64,000 nt of DNA from Octopus bimaculoides. Taxonomy: Eukaryota. The notes beneath the pieces were generated by a model. The model saw nothing but the letters and a program-made list of their open reading frames with translations. It made no database searches and had not been told where the DNA came from. The stretch spans positions 106,877,805 through 106,941,804 of the forward strand of contig NC_068981.1 in assembly GCF_001194135.2 (NCBI RefSeq), read 5' to 3'. This document shows positions 52,248 through 64,000 of this stretch, piece after piece. The translations under genes were made by a program, and so were the position numbers. Position 1 is the stretch's first letter. Each line of letters opens with the position of its first letter.

Positions 52248-53964
52248 CAGGGATTTCAGTCTTTGTCATGATTATTATCATGTTATATTGTGATTTAAAT
52301 GTTCAAGTTCTGAGTTGATTCTGTTAACTTGTATGTACTGAAAAAATATATTGACATGAGTCAATTTTGTTAACTTTACATATATATATTTTCAAAAGCA
52401 GAATGAATTTGATGCCCAATTATTCCGAACAACTAGAACTATTGGTTTACATTAGTTTTTGATATTTTATATTTTTCAATTATCATTTCAAATTATCCTA
52501 GTTTTCGTATAGAAACTGACCTATAATTGTGAGAGAATTAGTTGTGTATGTAGGTGAGGAGCCTTCCCTCTCTTTATAAAATCTTTGATTGCCTTTTTTA
52601 TCATACTGCTATCAACTAGGATAGCTGTTATGTTCATGTTAAGAACACCTGCTTTCTCCCAGGCATTCTCAACTACTTAGTAACCTTTCATAGTAGCACT
52701 TCTGTACATCTTTCTTTTCAGAATTACTAAGTGCAAGTTTACTATTACCCATCTGTTCACATTTCTCACCCACAACATTTTGATTTTCTCTTATAAACGA
52801 TATTGCAATCCTGAATACCTCACAATTTTGATTCTTGTGTAGGACATTACTGTTACCTTGGCCATGTAAACCTTATGTCTAGCTTCTCACCTAGGTAACT
52901 GATATAATTCTCTGCTGTCTCCATTTTTTCAGTCTTTTCAAGGTTGCCTTTTCACTTTTATAGTTCTGTCTCTGGCCCTCAGTTGGTTGTCCCCACTTTC
53001 AGTTGACCTCTATGCTATACATCTCTGTCTCCTCTTCCTTTTCATCAAATGTTTCAACTAGAATCTCTCTCTCTGAATTTCTTACTGCTTGCTGAATCTT
53101 TTATCTTTCTCACCTGAGAATTCTTTTGGCTTATACTATCAGCTCATCTGAAATTGCCTGAAATAGCCTATTCATCTATAAATGAAAATTACAACACAAA
53201 TCTCATCACTATGTTTGTGAAATTATGTGTCTCCAATAGGTAAACAGTTGTCCAAAACTGTCCAATATTTTTTTGGCACAATATTTTTACTCCCCAAATT
53301 TTGGTGGTTGGGAATATTTTCTTCCATCGTAACAGTTACATTTTCCAGAACATTTTGCAACAGGAAGAAAAAAGAAAGAAAAATACTGTTTTACATTCAC
53401 AAATATTGATTCAGAATTTGAAGGATTTTCAAAAGAAAAGAGCAGAAAAACAAATCAAGTGAAATATGTAACATACAACCATATTTTTGCAGTTTACATT
53501 TTACATTATACTCAGTTAAGGGAAAAAGAAAAAAACTTTCTAATGAATCCTAATCTAATTTTGTTAAATTCCTAAAGTTTCTTTGAATTAAAAAAAAATC
53601 CGATTACTGTTGAACCTCACAATATATATTTAAGTATGATGGTAATATGTGTTCATTAGATTGTTCACTTCATCTTTTGAACTTTATGTATAATGTTTTT
53701 TGGCCAGTATTTGCATTAGCTGTGGCTTGTGTGTGTGTATACACACATACACACACAGCAGGCATACATGTATGTGTGTATATCATCAACATTTAACATT
53801 CACTTACCCTGCTGGCATGGGTTAGATAGCTTGACAGGAACTGGCAAGGCCAGGGGTTGTACCAGGATTCCATGTTCTGTTTTGAGCTTGCTTTCTATGG
53901 CTGGATGCCCTTCCTAACACCAGCCACTTTACAGAGTGTACTGCATGCTCACCAGCTCAGCCTT

Positions 53965-54420
53965 GGTGTTACAGGTAGTTGGTATCTTTCCCAACCATGC
54001 CCCACACATAGTAATCTATGGAATTACAATCAGGGTAAATTAAGAAGCCAGAAATTGGGGCTGGTAAAGTCATAGACATTCTCCAACAATCACTTCTGAC
54101 TCTTTATGGAGGTATAGCAAGGAACCAAATCTTGCTGCTACACATATAGCCTTCCAGGAGCAACCATCTCCAGTCATGGTTTTTATCAGTCGCCAGCAGT
54201 TTCACATAGCCTTCTGAAGTGAGCCGAAGGCCCTGTTCAAGGATGTGGAGATGAAATCCAGTGTGCAGATGCAGTCAGAATGCCTTCTGTGTCCCTTCCT
54301 GCTGGCCATGGTTTCTTAGTCTCCATTGCAGCTGTCCATACTCTGACTTACAGCCTTTACAGTGTTCACAGAGCTTCAAGTAGCAGTCATGATGTTGGCA
54401 TTTCAATACCTAGTACAAAT
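53965..54420 (-). mobile_element. maT/DD37D-type Tc1-mariner transposase fragment
   Basis: Reverse strand gives GLRLTSEGYVKLL and PDCNSIDYYVWGMVGKDTN, matching WPP.SPD.NP.DYYVWG of DD37D elements. Confidence 0.65.
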
Positions 54421-55398
54421 CATTATGATACGAATAAATTCTTTTCTAATGTTCGGATGGCTTACAGTCCTCTATGTCTGTTAACTTTTTCTCAAATACA
54501 AGTTTAATTTTTATGCTCTCCAATGCTGTTGACTGTTCACAATACATCACTTTCTGGAAAAAAAAGGGGGGGGTGGGGGTGGAGAGAGCAAAATCTCATC
54601 AAATTTAGCCCAAACATTTTGTGTGTATGTGTGTATCAGCATTCCTTTCCTATGCTCAAATTGTGTTATAACCAAATTATCCTATCAGGGATAGGTTAGG
54701 GTGTTAATACAACTTGGATGATGTTAAGATGATTGCAATCATTCTATTATATGTATCTGTTTATGTGATTGCTATCTTCAATATGTTCATGCCATCTTCA
54801 ATATGTTCATGCCATATGCATTCTTGAACTTTATTTGCATATTTTCAATATTATTAGTCTCATTATCAACGCCAGAGAACAGCTACAGTTTTACTTTTTA
54901 TTCAAAATCTAGATGATGAAAATGACATTGATCTATGTTTCACAAACCACAAAAGGAATGAAACTACATAAAAAATATGTCATGTACTTAAATTTTAGTC
55001 AACAAACCACATTGATTATCTCTCCTTGTGTCAATTCCTTTTTAGAATTGTTATTTGAATGACAGATCCTAAGTTTGTATAGAAAATCAATATGACTGTT
55101 GAAATTAGGTGTTTACTTCTAAGATAGTCTTCAAAACAGTGGTCCTGACTGTTAATTGAAACTTCTGTTACTATTCATTTCAGATTTTCATTGTGATAAT
55201 TGAAGCTTTCATCTCAATATAACTTTCACTATCTCCATATTGTTTCACAATTTGGGTGGATTTAAGCAAAAAACTTTAATAAACTTCTTGCCTTTTATCA
55301 ACATTGCTGCTGGGCTTTCACCATTCTTTTCTGCAAAGCATAATAATGTTTAGAATAAACTATATGATCTTATTTCTATTTCATATTACCATGTTTAA

Positions 55399-55585
55399 CC
55401 CTTCAGCATTTTAACTGGCCAAAACTAGCCAAAATATTCTGTTTTATGTTCAAATCAACCAAATTGGGTCTCTCACACCTACCCTACAATGTCATTCTAA
55501 AAATAAGCACATCATTAAAATCTCGAAGCTACAAGATAATGCATGATTCATTCAAAATGATAATAAATAAGAATTTGACAGAGTA
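55399..55585 (+). mobile_element. piggyBac-derived MITE, 3' end interrupted by a retroposon
   Basis: TTAA(55395-55398)-CCCTTCAGCATT; body is the reverse complement of the 181-409 MITE. Confidence 0.7.
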
Positions 55586-55586
55586 G

Positions 55587-55821
55587 TCATCATCATCATC
55601 ATCATCATCGTTTAACGTCCGCTTTCCATGCTAGCATGGGTTGGACGATTTGACTGAGGACTGGTGAAACCGAATGGCAACACCAGGCTCCAATCTAATT
55701 TGGCAGAGTTTCTACAGCTGGATGCCCTTCCTAACGCCAACCACTCAGAGAGTGTAGTGGGTGCTTTTACGTGTCACCCGCACGAAAACGGCCACGCTCG
55801 AAATGGTGTCTTTTATGTGCC
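55587..55821 (-). mobile_element. Young (GAT)n-tailed RTE-type 3' end
   Basis: Near-consensus copy running into the 750-N gap (55822-56571). Confidence 0.8.
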
Positions 55822-56571
55822 NNNNNNNNNNNNNNNNNNNNNNNNNNNNNNNNNNNNNNNNNNNNNNNNNNNNNNNNNNNNNNNNNNNNNNNNNNNNNNN
55901 NNNNNNNNNNNNNNNNNNNNNNNNNNNNNNNNNNNNNNNNNNNNNNNNNNNNNNNNNNNNNNNNNNNNNNNNNNNNNNNNNNNNNNNNNNNNNNNNNNNN
56001 NNNNNNNNNNNNNNNNNNNNNNNNNNNNNNNNNNNNNNNNNNNNNNNNNNNNNNNNNNNNNNNNNNNNNNNNNNNNNNNNNNNNNNNNNNNNNNNNNNNN
56101 NNNNNNNNNNNNNNNNNNNNNNNNNNNNNNNNNNNNNNNNNNNNNNNNNNNNNNNNNNNNNNNNNNNNNNNNNNNNNNNNNNNNNNNNNNNNNNNNNNNN
56201 NNNNNNNNNNNNNNNNNNNNNNNNNNNNNNNNNNNNNNNNNNNNNNNNNNNNNNNNNNNNNNNNNNNNNNNNNNNNNNNNNNNNNNNNNNNNNNNNNNNN
56301 NNNNNNNNNNNNNNNNNNNNNNNNNNNNNNNNNNNNNNNNNNNNNNNNNNNNNNNNNNNNNNNNNNNNNNNNNNNNNNNNNNNNNNNNNNNNNNNNNNNN
56401 NNNNNNNNNNNNNNNNNNNNNNNNNNNNNNNNNNNNNNNNNNNNNNNNNNNNNNNNNNNNNNNNNNNNNNNNNNNNNNNNNNNNNNNNNNNNNNNNNNNN
56501 NNNNNNNNNNNNNNNNNNNNNNNNNNNNNNNNNNNNNNNNNNNNNNNNNNNNNNNNNNNNNGTAGCATGGC

Positions 56572-56940
56572 TGTTCATACGCATGCGTCATACAGTCTGC
56601 TTTTTACTCTGAGTGAGAGTCCCTTTGTCGCCAGCAGGGGTAAGAGCTCTCTAAACTTTGCCCAGACTATTCTTATTCTAGCAGCTACACTTTCGGCGCA
56701 CCCACCCCCACTACTAACTTGGTAGCCCAGATAGCGGAAGCTATCGACTACCTCTAGTTTTTCACCCTGGAATGAGATAGAAGTTGTTTCCTGTTTGTTT
56801 ACAGTCTTTATTGCACCTGAACATCTGCCACAAACAAAAACTAACTTCCTAGTTAACCTGCCTTTGATGTTGCTGCACCTCTTATGTGTCCATAGCTTGC
56901 ACCGGGTACATCTTATAGAGTTGGTACGAACAAATGTTTG
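56572..56940 (-). mobile_element. RTE LINE ORF fragment (Cys-rich segment plus RT C-terminus)
   Basis: FVCGRCSGAIK...EKLEVVDSFRYLGYQVSSGGGCAESVAARIRIVWAKFRELLPLLATKGLSLRVKSRLYDACV, typical RTE V..F.YLG...ARI..AW..FREL pattern. Confidence 0.85.
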
Positions 56941-58196
56941 ATAAACCTGAAGTATGAAGGCTTAGTTGACTGTATTATAGAAACAGTCAACTGAGTCTAC
57001 AATCAAGGATGAATATTAATGAAACAAAAGAGAAAGTAAACTTCATTTTTCCACCCAAATCATCCTGCTAGAAATCACGTAGTTTTTATCTAACCAAGAC
57101 TTCATTGTGAAAATAGGAGTCAATCTTTATGAAAGAACTAGGTTCCATTATGCAATCTTAACATCATCTATTTGGTAATACAAAGGAAAAACTAGTGAGC
57201 GTTTGACTAAATAATTTCCCCTACTCATTTCTTGGGAATATAAAATTGCTTTGAACTACAAGTGATAATTGTTTTATGTGTAATTCTGTAAATATTATCA
57301 ATATTAAAAGGATACCAAATTAAAATAAAGAGACAACCAGCTGATTACTGATTTTGTAAATGGTTTTAGATGCAGATTTTTCAATTACAATTTTCACTCA
57401 AACTTCCCCCATATCAATTTACACATTAATTAGTAGTTTTAAATAAATGCTGAACTTTTAAAATACTGTGAAAATTTTATGTTCGAGCGAAGGTGAATTG
57501 ATTTCCAAAATTTAATATTTCAGTATTATGTGATTAATAAAGAATATTTATTGTCAGTTTCATATTGAGTAATCCTCATTATAGACAGGTGAAATATAGT
57601 GTAACTGGATGTATTTGATTAGTATATCACAACTCTATATACTTATGAGTTCGCCTCTGAAACCTAATATGGCAATAAATTATTTCCATATTCTTTACTT
57701 TTATTAGTCAAACACTACAGTACATAATAATGCATTGCAATTCATTTTCTGATATCATTTTCAAAAAATTACAACACACTCACTGAAGTTTATTATTAAA
57801 ATATATTTATAGGAATATTCTTCCCTTTTTCCCTCAATATTAGAAAAATCCTTTCAGGCGATGAATTTGGAGTGGGGGTTGGGTTGTGATAATTTTTTGA
57901 AGCTAGAATTATTTTTCTCATATCACACTGAATAGATTTATTAATATAGTAATTAATGGGTCAGTAGATAAATCATGCTAAATAAGTAATGAGTCCTTTT
58001 ATAGATTTCACAAAAATAAGTTGACTTTTAATATGATATCATTTTAGAGATAGATTTCAATGAAGGATTTATACATTTACAACAGCAGTAATGTTGACTC
58101 TTTGTGAATGCTTGTTACATCAATTAAAATATGTTGCAGTTCTGTTTGTATTAAACATGTAATATTCACAAGATCAATTTGTGAGAGTACAGATAG

Positions 58197-59700
58197 CTAT
58201 GTTCTGAGGTACAGAAACCTGGAGTATGTACTGTCAAGGTGACCATGAAGCTCTTTAATAATACAGGTTTTGATTTTGTAGAGAATCATGCTCTCATACA
58301 AGCCTTTAAGAAGTCCAACCTTGTTGACTTGAAGCACTTGAATACCAAATGTTTTGAAAGTGGTTACAGTCACTCCAAGCAAATCCCTTGTGTGTAAGAA
58401 TGTCTTGCTTACTGGCAGCAACATTGGATCCCAGGAACTTGAAGTCATTGACATTGAGCTGTGTACCATTCATCATTATTTAACGTCCACTTTCCATGCT
58501 GGCATGGGTTGGCAGGAGCTAGCTAAGCAGAAAACTGCACCATGCTTTGCTGTCTGTTTTGGTATGCTTTTTTTGGCTGGATGCTTTTCATGAGGCACCA
58601 GCACTGGCAGGGTCACCAAGTAACTTGCAAGACAAAGATCCTTTGAGAGGGGATGTGGCATGGGAGGATGTTATCTTGTGCTAAATGAGGAAAGGTTAGA
58701 GTGTGACAGAGAGACAGAAACAGGTGTCTTGCTGTAGAGGAGGTACATGGTTACCTGGTGAGAGAGAGAAGTGATAAAGATTGAGGCCAGTAACAGGTGT
58801 GCTACTGTAGAGGAGATACATGATCAACCAGTCAGGGATAGAACAAGAAGAAGAGAGAGAGAGAGGAAGAAAGCAAGAAAAGAGCAGGAGAGAGATGGTG
58901 GCAAAGCATCAGAGCATGCTCACAAGTAACAGGGATCAGAATATAAATGGGATGGTAGAGAAGAGCCAAGGAGAGATAAGTGGTGGCAAAGTGGAAGGGC
59001 ATGACCTCAAGATGCAGGGTCAGAATATAAATGGTAGGATATTGCCAAGGTGCATGAGTAGGGAGTAGAAACTTCACATGAATGTAAGGAGTGTGGAGGT
59101 GGGGTATGCAGTGACTGGTAAACACCTGGGAATATAGAGGGGGTGAGGGACAACAGGGTAGCAATGATACAGTGAGCAGGGCAGTGAGGACAGGATTGGG
59201 GTGCAAGAGATAAGCATAGTGCATGAAAAGCGGAAATGTGAGGAAGAGGAGAGATGTAGTTTGGTTTGTTGGGGTAAGGTGTGGAAAACGTTTTATTATT
59301 ACATGTGGTTGGAACCCACAGTGCTTCTAGAACTCAGTTTCACTGGAACAAATAAACAGGTGTCATTCATCTTCACTGTATTCAGTCTTTGTTCTATTAA
59401 GAAACAGACTATCTTTGCCTCAGCTTTCTCAAAAGATGTTTGACATTTCTTGTTCATCATACAGCTAATGGACCTTGAGAGCAAGATCATCAGCATGTCA
59501 AAGTCCGAGCAATGCATTGCATGCTCTGCTAACATATTGTCCTGCATGATGAGACCTTTTTCTTGGATGAGATCAATATTTTACCAAAGGATGTAGTCCA
59601 TTGCACTCGCAAAGAGATGTACAGATGTACACAACATTGAAATTGAGGGTCTACCTAAGCTAACTGGGGATAGAGATTTATGCTAAAGCATCATTGCGGC
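58197..59700 (-). mobile_element. RTE LINE RT remnant split by a (GAT)n-tailed repeat (58467-59290)
   Basis: Right part has HADDLAL (YADD motif) and EKAEAKI; left part continues VNDFKFLGS..HKGFAW. Confidence 0.7.
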
Positions 59701-61227
59701 CACTTGAAGATGTACCAAGCAACTATTGGTTTCATATACTATCACCAGTACTGCACTGTCTATGACTAAGACATTTAGTCATCAACAGATAATTCATCTC
59801 CCTCTAAGTACACTATCAAATTCTTTCTTACTTGTTGTAAATGGAAAGCCTGGATTAAGTAAAAGACCTTTAATTCTTTAAAATTGTCCCCCTACCCCAC
59901 TCCTGCACAATCAGTGTTGCTTATAATTTTTGCTGAATTTATGTATGATATTTAATACTCTCTCTCTCTCTCTCTCTCTCATTGATTTTATTATTCAAAT
60001 CTATTCCCTGGTCCCCTTAAGTAATTTTCACTTAGTTCCTTTTCATTTTACACGTGTGCACACACACATACTAATGACACTGTTGTTTGGTTGGGAAAAC
60101 CAGTTGAATTACTGTTTTATGAAACAAATCGTTGATTAGGCAGAAATTCTTAAGAGTTGCACTGGTTATTTAAAACATTATGGAACTTTTTACTGAGCAT
60201 AAAAAAAAAAGAAAAATGTGTGGAATTAAACCTAATCATGATATAAAATGTTTAATATCAATAAACTATATGAAATGCAAAATAAATTTAATTCAATTAG
60301 CTAATGTAATGCATATTATTTAAAGTAGAAATAACTCCACTTCAATCGCTAATAATTATATAGATTGTAACACCTCAAATATAAACAAGATTTTGTTGAG
60401 GCAAAATAAATGTTTCAGTAAAGGTGGAGGAATGAAAAACTGCCCTGGAATTTGACTTCATTTTCAAATTGATATGGTAATTAAATTATTAAAATTATAT
60501 GTTGCATTACTTACTGCTAAAATTAATATTTTTTAACTAGTTTGCTTTCCCATTTGCAAGAAGAAAAAAAAACAAATCTTCAAAACAAATACCTTAATTT
60601 TAAATACATTTCATATCTCCCTTGTTTAATTGAAATTTATATATATAGCTCCAGCTGTTATGTTTTGTTTTCTACATCTTATCTATCAATAAATGCTGTT
60701 CATATTCTCATTTATTTCTGTATTTTGACAGTAAAAATATTCATACAGAAAATGTAATTTGCTTACACTTCCGTATAAAGTGGTAGGATTCTAAACTTCA
60801 GCAAGATACACACACACAGTTGTTCCTTGGTTTAAATGGCACTTATTTGCAGGATTATGTTCAATTATTATGTTGGGCAGAAGTGACAAAAACCTATATC
60901 GCCTCTGTTATCTATTATTACCTGCCTTGCACAGTTCACGTTTGACAAGATAGAAATGCAGGTTACCTACTCAAAGTTGGTCAAACATGTATGTTCTATA
61001 CACCCATTGGCGAAACAACCCCACTCCCTCCATAGTGTGTTTTTCAAGAAATTGCTGTGTGTGAAGTTGATTAAAGTGAGGGAAATAAGCACAGTTTCCC
61101 CCCTGTGTATATATATCATCATCATCATCGTTTAACGTCCGCTTTCCATGCTAGCATGGTATATAAAATATATTTCGTTTTTGTATTTGGTTTGCAAGAT
61201 TCTTTATGTGAATTCGTGTGTTGAAGC

Positions 61228-62051
61228 ATATTTTATTGTGTAAATGGCAAGAGTCATTCTGTTTTAATTCCCTATTAACACACTCACCAGTTTGATTTCC
61301 ACTCATTTTTTTTCATAAAATTTTTGTTGCTTCTTGCAACCTCTTCAATAGTCATTGACTCTGTCCATTATCAGAGCTGTGTTCTTTTTATTTGTTTGTT
61401 TGTGCACATGTGTATACACGTATGCGTGTATGTGTATATATATATGCGTGTGTGTGTGTGTATGCATTTATATATGTATGCATATGTGTACATTTGTATG
61501 TATNNNNNNNNNNGTGTTTCAGTCTTCTTTTATGTATGTATGTATGTATGTGCTTGTCTGTATGTATTATCTATGTACCTATTTATCTACTTATCTATTA
61601 GTTTACTTACATATCCATTTACCTACTTATATATAAGTAGGTAAATGGATATATAAGTAAACTGATAGATAAGTACAAAGGTACACACAAAGATACATAC
61701 ATACACAAAATATGACTGAAACACATGACTATATACACACATGCACACTTCATACACACACACACACAGACGGAGACACAAACCCATACACATAGACACA
61801 CACAAGGAGACAGGTGTACACACATGCACGCATGCATACACACACACGTGTGTATAGACATGCACACTGATGTGCACTCAAACAAACAAACAGAAAGAAC
61901 ACAGCTCCGATAATGGACAGGGTTAACGACTATTGAAGAGGTTGCAAGAAGCAATGAAAATTTTAGAAAAAATGAGTGGAAATCAAACCAGTGAGTGTGT
62001 AATTAATAAGGCATTAAAACAGAATTACTCTCCCCAGACACAATATAATAT
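61228..62051. repeat. Loopless foldback inverted repeat
   Basis: Perfect 42-bp palindrome at 61611-61652; arms of ~400 bp align in reverse complement. The ORF track shows near-identical peptides on opposite strands. Confidence 0.9.
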
Positions 62052-62434
62052 ATATGTGTGTGTGTGTACACACAATTTATTCATAGAATTTTCCTATGTA
62101 TGATTTATAATTCATTTCGCTGGAAGACACGTATGTCCGGAAGAGTGCAAAGGAAGTTATGACTGAAGCAAAAGGTGTTTATACAGTTATCCTCTTGAGA
62201 AAAGCAAAACCAGAATGCTAGCTTCTTAATAGTTGTTGGTGCACTCCTATCAAAACTACAGGAATTTCCACCAATCCTCTAACCAGGTGCTGCTAACTAG
62301 TCTTTGCTTTGGTCTTTATTGAATATGTCTTTTTTTTATCTCCAATTTCCATTTTCAAGTATAAATCATATATACTTATCACATTTTATGTTCAAAACAT
62401 TTTAAAATTCAAGTAATGCAAATAAAATTTAGCA

Positions 62435-62775
62435 TAGGTATGGCTATTTGATAAGAAGTTTGCTTCCCGTTCTTATAGTACTGGGTTCAATCCCACTGTG
62501 TGACACCTTGGGCAAGTGTCTACTACTACAGTCGTAGACTGACCAAAGCCCTGTAAGTAGATTTAGTTGACAGAAACTGAAAGGAGCCTACTGTGTGTGT
62601 GTGTGTCTTTGTGGTTATCCCCACCACTGCTTGACAACCAGTGTTGGTTTGTTTATGTCTCTGTATCTTTGCAGTTCAGCATAAGAGTCTAAGTAGCATA
62701 GTCAATATGTTTGATTAAAACCTTTCAAGGCAGTGTCCCAGTATGGCCACAGTCTAATGACTAAAAGAAAAGATA
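62435..62775 (+). mobile_element. tRNA-derived SINE
   Basis: Same family as 9832-10235. Confidence 0.8.
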
Positions 62776-63066
62776 AAGGACGTTGTTTTGTTATGGTTTT
62801 AATGATCAATTAACTGAAGCTTTTTTTTAAAAATATTTTTCATTATTTAAACACATTTTCCAGCTAAAATGGTTTCAATGAAAAAGAATAATAAAATGTC
62901 GAAAATTGCACTGTTATTTTAAAGTTATTTGATTGTAATCATTGGCTGATGTCATTATGTAATGGTTTGATCTCGGTAATCTGAGTCCACAACTTGTAAC
63001 CCTAACTCAATAAATTATGCTGTTTATGTTGATGTAAGAAACAGCTAATTCTACTGTTGCTGCTGC

Positions 63067-63938
63067 TAATAATAATAATAATGATAAAGGTTTCAAATTT
63101 TGGCACAAGGCCAGTAAGTTTGGGGGAGGGGGACTAATCATTTATATCAACCCAGTGCTCAACTGGTACTTTTAACTCAGAACATAAAGACAGACAAAAT
63201 GCCGCTGAGCGTTCTGCCCAATGTGCTAACAATTCTGCCAGCTCATTGCCTTAATAATGATAATAATAATAATCATAATAAAGGCACAAAGCCTGAAATT
63301 TTGTGGGAGGGGACCAGTTGATTACATTGATCCAATGTTCAACTGGTACTAACTTTATCAACTCCAAAAGGAGGAAATGCAAAGTCGATCTTGGCAGAAT
63401 TTGAACTGAGAACATAGATGAAATGCTGCTAAGCATTTTACCTGACATGCTCATGATTTTGCCAAATAATAATAATAAGAAGAATCCTTTCTACTATAGG
63501 CACAAGGCCAGGGGGTTGTGGTGGTGGGGCCTAGTTGATGACATCAACCCCATTGCTCAATTGGCATTTATTTTATTGACCTTGAAAGAATGAGAGGCAA
63601 AACTGACCTCAGCAAAATTTGATCTCAGAACATAAAGCTGGAAGAAATGACTAAGCATTTTGTCCAGCATGCTAAACAATTCTGCCCCCCTTTTTTTATA
63701 TATATTCTCTGCAATTTGGGCACAAAGCCTGAAATTTTGGGAAGGAATCAAGTCAATTACATCAGCCCCTGTGCTCAACTAAAGTTCATTTTATTGCCTT
63801 CCCCTTTCCACCTCCAAGAATGAAAGGTAAAATTAACTTTGGCAGGAATTGAACTCAGAATGTAAAGAAATGTAAGAAATAGAAATACTGCTAAGCATTT
63901 TGTCCAGCATTGTAACAGTTCTGCCAGTTTGCTGCCTT
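63067..63938 (-). mobile_element. Tandem array of 4 same-orientation tRNA-derived SINE copies
   Basis: Units at about 63067-63252, 63253-63465, 63466-63688, 63689-63938, each with ggcacaa.gcc...gaatttgaactcagaac...ctaagcatttt and mostly (TAA)n linkers. Confidence 0.85.
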
Positions 63939-64000
63939 AATGATGATGATGATGATTATTATTTATTTCTTATTAACATTTTGTAATTATCATAATTATT

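Noticed and set aside
52560-53160. Pyrimidine-rich stretch that may be an antisense LINE ORF1/endonuclease remnant
   Set aside because: No clear motif recoverable by eye.

Overview
AT-rich, microsatellite-dense eukaryotic DNA with five N gaps. The SINE and RTE-tail repeat families look cephalopod, most likely Octopus (inference). No intact, nameable protein-coding gene, tRNA/rRNA gene or CRISPR array is visible. The window is mostly a transposon fossil field: a near-complete piggyBac (21083-23653, minus) with an inverted, internally deleted sister copy (39463-41300, plus) and MITEs with the same ends; a full-length decayed D34D mariner (43486-44731); a DD37D/maT fragment; a Hero/R2-type REL fragment; several RTE LINE remnants; Helitron ends; and many tRNA-derived SINEs, some in tandem arrays. 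Less expected features are a loopless ~820-bp foldback (61228-62051), a ~790-bp tandem duplication, a perfect 14-bp hairpin, and short plus-strand segments with good splice signals that may be exons of an unidentified gene. One of these has a single in-frame TGA. I did not find a convincing new biological system; the best leads are listed with tests. Repeat boundaries were read by eye and are approximate unless TIR/TSD coordinates are given.
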